Shown here: positions 56,746-64,000 of the stretch, piece after piece
Numbering within the stretch: the first letter of the stretch is position 1
How the letters are laid out: each line of letters begins with the position of its first letter
Source of the DNA: an uncultured bacterium
Lineage (GTDB): Bacteria > Chloroflexota > UBA5177 > JANWHV01
Assembly (NCBI GenBank): GCA_963827235.1
Contig: CAWHAE010000012.1
Location: 640,001 to 704,000, forward strand
DNA: 64,000 bases
Direction: 5' to 3'
Made by a program: the position numbers and the translations under genes
The notes under the pieces: generated by a model
What the model was told of the DNA's origin: nothing
Databases searched by the model: none
What the model saw: only the letters and a program-made list of their open reading frames with translations

Positions 56746-58116
56746 TTACTTCTTCACCGGCAGCAGGACCAGGTGAATGGTTGAAGGCGAGATGGTGTAG
56801 CGACCGAGACTCGCCGGCAGCTCGATGGTCGGTCTCAGGTTGTAGGTGCCCTGTACGAGGCCGCTCGCATTCACGTGGGCGGTGAGCCCGCCTACTGCCT
56901 TGACGTCGGTGTATGACCCCTTGACCGTGACCGCTTCCCACTGAACGTTGGTCAGCGCGCGCAGACGCGACGGGAGATTGTCCACGATCACCCTGGCCGC
57001 GAGCGTGCTCGTCACCTGTTGCGGCGAGACGCTGATCAACACGTGCACGGTCGTCGCCGCGGAGCTCAGCGCGTTGGTATTGCGGCTATACAGACTGACG
57101 CTGGATCCGAGGGAAGCGATATTGAGCTGGGTGGTGACGGTCATGGTGTGGGTGATACCTTGCAGCGGTATGAGATTCGTGGGCACCGCGCTCAGGTAGT
57201 TGACGACGCTCGGCGAGCCGAAGACCGTGACGGTCGGCGGAGTGACCTGCACCCCGTTGAGGAGATATCCTTCGGGCAGCAAGCCCGAGATGCTGGGCGT
57301 TACGGCCAGGGTCTTGTAGGCGAAGAGGACGCCCACCTGCAGAGTCACGGTCAGCCGCGAGCTGGAGAGCACGAGCCCGTCCGAGGCGACCGTGTTCAGC
57401 TGCTTGTCCTGCAGGATGGGAACGGAGCTGAACTGGTACTTGAACGAGGAGGTGCCGGCCGAAGGGGACTGGATCGAGCTGGTGGGCGGCTGTACGGTAG
57501 CCGTCTTCACACGGTCCACCAGGTGAGAAGGACCTGATATGGTCAGCACTTTCGGCGAGATGTCCTGCCCGATCAGGTCCTCCGTAGCGGGCAAGAAGTT
57601 GGCCCCAGTGAACTGCACCGGCACGGTATGCGAAACGACTGCCTCCAGCTGCACCGTGATGGAGCTCGGCTCCACGGTGTAGTCCACGCCCGACCGGCCC
57701 CCCGTAATGGTGATAGGCACCGTCACGGCACCACCGCTCGACGACGCCTTGCCGAGGTCGGCCACCGGCACGATCTGCTGCGCGCTGTTGACGGTGTTTT
57801 GCAGACCGTGGGCCGTGACGGTGACCGTCTTGTTCGGCTCTTCCACGGTGAGCCCTTTGGGCGTGATGAAGTGCACCTGCAGCGTGAACGGCTGACTGCG
57901 GATCACCGGGTTCTCCTGGTCGGTGACGTAATACCAGAGGGCCAGAGACATGACCAGGGCGATCAGCATGCGGGTGATCAGCGTGCTGCGTGAGATTCGC
58001 ACCTCGCCGGCGCCGGGCGTGCGGCCAAATGCGATGGTACGCAAGAGGTACGTGAACACGCGTGCGCGCTCACGGCTCAGACGAGACTGGCGGAGATCGG
58101 AGAGGGTGGGAATCAC
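56746..58116 (-). CDS. cdaR: CdaR/YbbR-repeat membrane protein (start uncertain)
   Basis: Single TM (IALVMSLALWYYV.DQENP), YbbR-like beta repeats (P.V.ISGP, P.VTVFGS); follows cdaA. Confidence 0.82.
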   Translation of the reverse strand: MIPTLSDLRQSRLSRERARVFTYLLRTIAFGRTPGAGEVRISRSTLITRMLIALVMSLALWYYVTDQENPVIRSQPFTLQVHFITPKGLTVEEPNKTVTVTAHGLQNTVNSAQQIVPVADLGKASSSGGAVTVPITITGGRSGVDYTVEPSSITVQLEAVVSHTVPVQFTGANFLPATEDLIGQDISPKVLTISGPSHLVDRVKTATVQPPTSSIQSPSAGTSSFKYQFSSVPILQDKQLNTVASDGLVLSSSRLTVTLQVGVLFAYKTLAVTPSISGLLPEGYLLNGVQVTPPTVTVFGSPSVVNYLSAVPTNLIPLQGITHTMTVTTQLNIASLGSSVSLYSRNTNALSSAATTVHVLISVSPQQVTSTLAARVIVDNLPSRLRALTNVQWEAVTVKGSYTDVKAVGGLTAHVNASGLVQGTYNLRPTIELPASLGRYTISPSTIHLVLLPVKK

Positions 58117-58117
58117 C

Positions 58118-58918
58118 TTACGACACCACCTGCAGCTCGTCGGCACGGTAGAAGGCGATAAGCATGCGCCTCAGGCGATCGCCAGTCAGGCCCCGCACGA
58201 GCTTGCCGTTCATGGCCATGGATATCATGCCCGTCTCTTCCGACACCACCACCGCTACCGCGTCGGTCACCTCCGTCACACCGATCGCCGCGCGATGCCG
58301 TGTGCCCATGTGCACGGCGCTGCCCACGTTCTCGCTGAGAGGCAGCACACACTTTGCGGCCACCACGCGATCGCCCTGAATGATCACGGCGCCGTCGTGC
58401 AGAGCGGCATTCTTGAAGAAGATGGCCTCGAGCAGCTCGAAGGAGACGGCAGCCTCCAATCTGGTACCGGTGGCCACGTAGTCCTGCAATCCCGTCTTTC
58501 GCTCGAGAACGATCAGCGCTCCGAAGAGTTGCTGTGAGAGGTGTTCGCAGGCCGCTACTATCTGTCCCACAGTGAAATCGGCGGCGGGCGCCGTCAGCGA
58601 GGCAAGTGGATGGTTGATGATGCGTGCTGTGCGTCCCACCTGCTCCAGCAGACGTCGCAGCTCGGGCTGGAAGATGACCGGTATGGCGACGATCAGGAAG
58701 GGTACGGAGTGCACTACCAACCAGCCGAGGACGGTGAGCTGTAGTGTGGAGGCCAGTACCGCACAAGCGATGACGAGCACCGCAATTCCGCGCAGCACCT
58801 GGTCTGCACGAGTCTGGTATGTCATCACGAGGAACCAGAAGAAGACAAGTGTGACAATGGCAATGTCGAGGGCACTTGCCAAATCCAGCCGTGACAGCGT
58901 CCAGCGCAACGAATCCAT
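58118..58918 (-). CDS. cdaA: diadenylate cyclase
   Basis: Three TM helices, FQPELRR.LE, GALIV, HDGA, GTRHRAA, VSEETG. Confidence 0.95.
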   Translation of the reverse strand: MDSLRWTLSRLDLASALDIAIVTLVFFWFLVMTYQTRADQVLRGIAVLVIACAVLASTLQLTVLGWLVVHSVPFLIVAIPVIFQPELRRLLEQVGRTARIINHPLASLTAPAADFTVGQIVAACEHLSQQLFGALIVLERKTGLQDYVATGTRLEAAVSFELLEAIFFKNAALHDGAVIIQGDRVVAAKCVLPLSENVGSAVHMGTRHRAAIGVTEVTDAVAVVVSEETGMISMAMNGKLVRGLTGDRLRRMLIAFYRADELQVVS

Positions 58919-59493
58919 CGTAATCCTGCCCGTCAGCGGGTGGCTCTCTCGAAAGTGTAACAGGTTAAGTGCGGACCTCTATCCCCCGTTGAGTGCACCG
59001 AGAGAGCCCTATATGTAGACAATGCCATAGCAGCCGGATAGTGACGGGTCGGCGTGGGAATCGATTCAACCGGGCGCCGCTACCCGGGCTCCTATCCCAA
59101 CTATAGACGGCTAGCCGCCAAATCCGCGCCCCCGCAAGATCGACCGGCGATGTCGGCGTGGACGACACTCGCTTGCGGCGCGCTAACTGCGCTCCTGCTA
59201 GCCTGAACATATGATAGGAATCTCGCTCCTACGCTTTGGCGTGGGAGCGCGAGTACCCGGCCGGCTCCTGACGCGCGGTCCCGGCGTGGATAATTCTGGT
59301 CCGATCCGGCAGCCTCCAGCGACGCAGATCCCAAACGAGCATGGTCCGCGCCCAGGTGCGCGAGGACCATGCTCGTTTGGAGACACCGGGCAGCGCCGGG
59401 CGATGTGTGGGACTCGCAAGAAGGATAACCCGGGAGGGCCGGCCGGCGATGCGGCCCGTACGGGGTTCGGTTGCCAACGTGCGAAGGGAAGGC

Positions 59494-60972
59494 ATGGGAC
59501 AAATGGCCGAGGTTCGGGACTACATTGGCGGCGCCTGGCGTTTGCCGTCGTCCGGAAGTGGTGTGGAGGTGCGGAATCCGGCGACGGACGAGCTGCTGGG
59601 TCGCTCGCCGATCGGCTCCGCCCAGGATGTGCAGGCGGCGGTCGCGGCCGCCTCGCAGGCGTTTCCCGAGTGGCGTGCCACGCCGGCACCCGAGCGCGTG
59701 CAATATCTGTTCCGGCTGAAGCAGGCGCTGGAGACGCACTTTGACGAGATAGCGAGGCTGATCACGCTGGAAAACGGGAAGACGGTTGCTGAGGCGCGCG
59801 GCGAGCTCCGGCGTGGCATCGAGAACGTCGAGGTTGCTTGCGGCATTCCCACTTTGATGCAGGGCTATAACCTCGAAGACGTGGCACGCGGCATCGACGA
59901 GACGATGATCCGCCAGCCGCTCGGCGTGGTCGCCGAGATCACGCCGTTCAACTTCCCGGCTATGATCCCATTGTGGTTTCTGCCCTACGCGATCGCCTGC
60001 GGCAACACCCTCGTCGTCAAGCCTTCCGATCGTGTGCCGTTCACGATGATGCGCATCACCGAGCTGGTCGACGAGATCGGGCTGCCGAAAGGTGTGCTGA
60101 ATCTGGTTAACGGCGGCAAGGCGTCGGTGGACGCGCTGCTCGATCATCCGGAGGTGCAGGCGATCAGCTTCGTGGGCTCGTCGCCGGTAGCGCGCTACAT
60201 CTATGCCAGGGCGGCGGGCAACGGGAAGCGGGTCCAGTGCCAGGGCGGAGCGAAGAACTACGTGGTCGTGTTGCCCGACGCCGAGCCGGAGACGACGACG
60301 CAGATTATCGCCGACAGCGCCTTCGGCTGCGCCGGTCAGCGCTGTCTGGCAGTGTCGGTTGCCGTGGCGGTGGGCGAGGCACGCTCGTGGTTCAGCAAGT
60401 CAATTGCCGACACGGCCGGATCCCTGAAAGTCGGTTTTGGTCTTGACGAGGGAGTTCAAATGGGTCCGGTGATCAGCGCGGCCAGCGGCGAGCGCATACG
60501 CGGGCTGATTGCCAAGGGCGCCGAGGAGGGTGCGGTCCCGGTGGTGGACGGCCGCGGCACGCGGGTCTCCGGACACGAGCAGGGCTTCTTTGTCGGGCCT
60601 ACCGTCCTGGACGGCGTGACGCCCTCCAGCGAGCTCATGGAGACCGAGATCTTCGGGCCTGTCCTCAGCCTCATCCGGGCCAACGACGCGGACGAAGCTA
60701 TAGATTTGCTCTCGCGGAGCACTTATGGCAACGCGGCTTCGATCTTTACCACCAGCGGAGCGGCGGCCCGCAAGTTCCGAAACCAGGTACCGACCGGCAA
60801 CGTCGGCGTGAACATCGGCGTTGCCGCTCCGCTGGCATACTTTCCTTTCAGCGGCTGGAAGGGCAGCTTCTTTGGCGCTCTCCACGCGCAGGGCCGGGAT
60901 GCGATCGAGTTCTACACCGAGAAGAAGGTCGTGATCGAGCGCTGGCCTAAGGCGTGGTCAAGGCGGTTCTAG
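59494..60972 (+). CDS. iolA: CoA-acylating (methyl)malonate-semialdehyde dehydrogenase
   Basis: ITPFNFPAMIPLW, ISFVGS, GKRVQCQGGAKN, AFGCAGQRC, EIFGPV, GWKGSFFG; near an iolE-like gene (mmsA equally possible). Confidence 0.88.
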   Translation: MGQMAEVRDYIGGAWRLPSSGSGVEVRNPATDELLGRSPIGSAQDVQAAVAAASQAFPEWRATPAPERVQYLFRLKQALETHFDEIARLITLENGKTVAEARGELRRGIENVEVACGIPTLMQGYNLEDVARGIDETMIRQPLGVVAEITPFNFPAMIPLWFLPYAIACGNTLVVKPSDRVPFTMMRITELVDEIGLPKGVLNLVNGGKASVDALLDHPEVQAISFVGSSPVARYIYARAAGNGKRVQCQGGAKNYVVVLPDAEPETTTQIIADSAFGCAGQRCLAVSVAVAVGEARSWFSKSIADTAGSLKVGFGLDEGVQMGPVISAASGERIRGLIAKGAEEGAVPVVDGRGTRVSGHEQGFFVGPTVLDGVTPSSELMETEIFGPVLSLIRANDADEAIDLLSRSTYGNAASIFTTSGAAARKFRNQVPTGNVGVNIGVAAPLAYFPFSGWKGSFFGALHAQGRDAIEFYTEKKVVIERWPKAWSRRF

Positions 60973-61197
60973 CAGTCTTCGCGGCGGTCGAATCAAGGCA
61001 GGGGCCGGAGAGCTTCGCACACGTGTGCATAGCGCTGGGCCGCCGCACGGTCAACGCCTCGCGATCGGCATAGGCCGAGGCCGGGAGCAACCGGCCACTC
61101 GGACCAGTCGGGGAGCGCAGCCCAAGGGTACCGCGGGTCGACGCCGCGCACACCGCCCAGGCATCGACCGGCTTGGGCGGCGTCCCGATCAACCTGA

Positions 61198-62110
61198 CTA
61201 GAGACCGATCGATGCCAGGTAGTCCCGGTTGCGGCGAGCGCTCGCCATCGGAGTACCCAGGCCGGGAAGCATGTCCTGCTCGACCACTATCCACCCTTTG
61301 TAGCCGGCCGCCTGCAGGGCGTCGCGCACCGCCGGGAACGGCACGCCGCCCTTGCCCAGCTCGCAGAACACGCCGTGGGCGACGGAGGTGACGCCGTCCC
61401 AGAGCTCGGTGCGCGAGCGGGCTGCCAGGTCCGGGGCGCAGTCTTTGAAATGAACGTGCCAGATGCGTCCGGCGTAGGCTTCGATCGCTTTCACCGGATC
61501 TCCTCCGGCGAACATCCAGTGGCCGGTATCGAAGCAGAGCCCGACCAGGTCGGGATCCGTCAGCTCGAGCATGCGCTTTGTCTCCTGATCGGTCTCGACC
61601 CAGGTGCCGATGTGATGATGGAACACCGTGCGCAGCCCGGTTTCCTCACGGACTCGCCGAGCCAGTCGCATTGCACCCGTGGACAGAGCATCCCAGGCGC
61701 GTTCATCCATCGCCATGGCGGGCGTCACCCGGCCGGCGTTCTTGGTGCGCATCGGATCCGCGTAAGGGTCGTTGCCGAGCACAACCACACACTCAGGACC
61801 ACCTACCTCCGCTAGCTGCCGGGCGGTGCGCACGGCATCGCGGATACTCTCCTCGTGCCGTTGGGGGTCGTGCAGGAACACGCTCACCCAGGAGCCGATC
61901 AGGGTCAGGCCGCGGGCCCGCAGTTCCTCGCGCAGCCGCACCGGGTCGGTAGGCATGAAGCCCCAGTCGCCAAGCTCTGTGCCCGCGTAGCCGGTCTGCT
62001 GCATCTCGTCCAGTACTCTGGCATATTGGTCGTTGGCGCCCTCTGGCCCCGCCCTCGATGCCCTCGATGACACCCCATGAGCAGGGGGCATTCGCCACTC
62101 GAAACATCAT
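61198..62110 (-). CDS. IolE-like TIM-barrel sugar dehydratase/isomerase, split by a +1 frameshift near 62047-62050
   Basis: ANAPCSWGV in one frame; [42 protein letters not shown] in the next; extra G in a GGGG run. Confidence 0.85.
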
Positions 62111-62152
62111 CTTTCCTTCTCGCTGCAGCGCCTACCCGATTATCGATCGTAT

Positions 62153-62164
62153 GAACACGTGTGC
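62153..62164. promoter_or_regulatory. putative LexA (SOS) box 1 upstream of uvrB
   Basis: GAAC-ACGT-GTGC, one mismatch to GAAC-N4-GTTC. Confidence 0.5.
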
Positions 62165-62286
62165 AAAGCAGATCCTAGCATGTGCGTGGGTCGATGTCAA
62201 AGCTCAGGTCGCATGCACCGCTGCTGCGCGGTACACTATCTATTAGCCCAAACGTTCCAGATCGATCCCGGACACCGGGCGTGGCA

Positions 62287-62298
62287 GAACGGACGTGC
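62287..62298. promoter_or_regulatory. putative LexA (SOS) box 2 upstream of uvrB
   Basis: AGAAC-GGAC-GTGCT, same mismatch as box 1. Confidence 0.55.
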
Positions 62299-62322
62299 TT
62301 ACCTCGAGCGGAGGTCGCCCAC

Positions 62323-64000
62323 ATGCCTGAGTTCAAGGTCGTCTCCGATTTCGTTCCGCGCGGCGACCAGGTTACCGCCATTCCGCAGCTCATCGAGGGA
62401 GTCCGCAACGGTGAGCGCCACCAGACCCTGCTCGGTGTGACGGGCAGCGGCAAGACGTTTACCGTCAGTCAGGTCGTGCAGGAGGTCCAGCGCCCTACGC
62501 TGGTGCTCGCGCCGAACAAGACGCTCGCGGCCCAGCTTTACAGCGAGTTTCGCGAGTTCTTCCCCAACAACGCGGTGGAGTACTTCGTCAGCTACTACGA
62601 CTACTACCAGCCTGAGGCCTATATTCCCCGGTCCGACGTCTATATCGAGAAGGAATCCACGCTGAACGAGGAGATCGAGAAGCTCCGCTTGTCGGCCACC
62701 CGGTCCCTCTTCGAGCGCCGCGACGTGCTGATCGTGGCCTCGGTCTCCTGTATCTACGGTCTTGGCTCGCCCGAGGACTACAACAACGTGGTGGTCAAGC
62801 TCCGCCGGGGCGAGATACATCGGCGCGACAAAGTACTGCGCCATTTGACGGAGATACTCTACGAGCGAAACGACATGGATTTCAATCGCGGCAAGTTCCG
62901 CGTGCGCGGCGACGTGCTGGAGATCTACCCGGCATACGAGGACCTTGCTTACCGTATAGAGTTCTTCGGGGACGAGATCGAGCGCATCAGTCAGGTGGAT
63001 CCGCTGACCGGCGAACTGCTTTCCAGCCAGGCGCAGATCGACATCTACCCGGCCAGGCACTTCGTCACACAGCAGGACAAGCTACTGCGCGCCATCGTGA
63101 CCATCGAGGAGGAGCTGGGCGAGCGAAGGTCCGAGCTGGAGTCGCAGGGCAAGCTGCTGGAGGCGCAGCGAATCCATCAGCGTACGAACTTCGACCTTGA
63201 GATGCTGCGGGAGACCGGAGTCTGCAACGGCATCGAGAATTACTCCCGCCACCTGGCCGGCCGCGGTGCCGGCGAGCGGCCCTGGACCTTGCTCGATTAC
63301 TTCCCCGACGACTTCCTCCTGATAGTCGATGAATCGCACGTCTCCTTGCCCCAGGTACGCGGTATGTACGGCGGGGATCGGTCCCGCAAGGAGATCCTAG
63401 TGGAGTACGGCTTCCGGCTGCCAAGTGCCCTAGACAACCGGCCGCTCACGTTTTCCGAGTTCGAGGCCACGGTGCACCAGGCGATCTACGTGTCGGCCAC
63501 GCCGGGGCCCTATGAGTACGAGCACAGCGCCCGGGTGGTCGAACAGATCATTCGGCCCACCGGGCTGATCGATCCCAGCGTGGAAGTCCGGCCGACCAAG
63601 GGACAAATAGACGCGCTGATCGAAGCCGTGCGCGACAGGGTGAGCCGGCATCAGCGGGTGCTGATCACCACCCTGACAAAGAAGATGGCGGAGGATCTCG
63701 CGGAGTATATGCGCGAGCTTGGCGTCAAGGTGCATTATCTGCACAGTGAGATGGACGTCATCGAGCGTGTCGACATCTTGCGCGACTTGCGGCTCGGCAC
63801 TTATGACGTCGTGGTCGGCATCAACCTGCTGCGCGAAGGACTGGATCTACCCGAGGTGAGCCTTATCGGCATTCTCGACGCCGATAAGGAAGGCTACCTG
63901 CGCTCAGAAACCTCGCTGATCCAGACGATCGGTCGCGCCGCGCGCCACATCGACGGGCATGTGATCATGTTTGCCGACACGGAGACGCACTCCATGCAGC
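62323..64000 (+). CDS. uvrB: excinuclease ABC subunit B (partial, runs off the right edge)
   Basis: Not in ORF track. GGAGG RBS; [70 protein letters not shown]. Confidence 0.98.
   Translation, partial: MPEFKVVSDFVPRGDQVTAIPQLIEGVRNGERHQTLLGVTGSGKTFTVSQVVQEVQRPTLVLAPNKTLAAQLYSEFREFFPNNAVEYFVSYYDYYQPEAYIPRSDVYIEKESTLNEEIEKLRLSATRSLFERRDVLIVASVSCIYGLGSPEDYNNVVVKLRRGEIHRRDKVLRHLTEILYERNDMDFNRGKFRVRGDVLEIYPAYEDLAYRIEFFGDEIERISQVDPLTGELLSSQAQIDIYPARHFVTQQDKLLRAIVTIEEELGERRSELESQGKLLEAQRIHQRTNFDLEMLRETGVCNGIENYSRHLAGRGAGERPWTLLDYFPDDFLLIVDESHVSLPQVRGMYGGDRSRKEILVEYGFRLPSALDNRPLTFSEFEATVHQAIYVSATPGPYEYEHSARVVEQIIRPTGLIDPSVEVRPTKGQIDALIEAVRDRVSRHQRVLITTLTKKMAEDLAEYMRELGVKVHYLHSEMDVIERVDILRDLRLGTYDVVVGINLLREGLDLPEVSLIGILDADKEGYLRSETSLIQTIGRAARHIDGHVIMFADTETHSMQ

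Noticed and set aside
1-64000. CRISPR arrays, tRNA/rRNA genes, IS elements
   Set aside because: No regularly spaced repeats, cloverleafs, rRNA signatures or transposase ORFs seen by eye; a covariance-model scan could still find small RNAs

Overview
High-GC bacterial chromosomal segment. The cdaA-cdaR pair, GAAC-N4-GT(G/T)C SOS-like boxes and gene repertoire suggest a monoderm, probably Chloroflexota-like organism (inference). Contents in order: a secreted repeat/CHRD/Ig protein; a sugar ABC catabolic locus (SBP, RpiR, SIS, PMI-like, two permeases, divergent ROK kinase); an orphan MCP; a giant HTH-GAF-8xPAS histidine kinase; carB; a divergent IF-3 paralogue; an HTH-ClpN-Zn ribbon gene; an erm-like methyltransferase with a leader-peptide attenuator and an internal TGA; an RpoD-like sigma; an ECF/anti-sigma/TPR-CHAT/S8 cluster facing an XRE-STAND-TPR gene; Rrf2, nitroreductase, GH38, aroA, SDR, S9 peptidase, dnaG, HAD, cdaR, cdaA, iolA, iolE-like and uvrB (partial). 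The best candidate for an undescribed system is at 39.7-43.7 kb. Two tandem 43-aa peptide genes missing from the ORF track (MKLL...SMVLASGA[G/A]S[Q/H]W[F/R]) precede a DUF5317-type membrane protein with a signal-peptidase-II-like Asp pair. They are divergent from a multi-TM GGDEF/HD-GYP protein, suggesting peptide-pheromone signalling wired to c-di-GMP. Three genes carry single-base insertions in short homopolymers, probably sequencing errors. No rRNA, tRNA, CRISPR array or mobile element was recognised. All family calls come from motif recognition by eye, not database searches.
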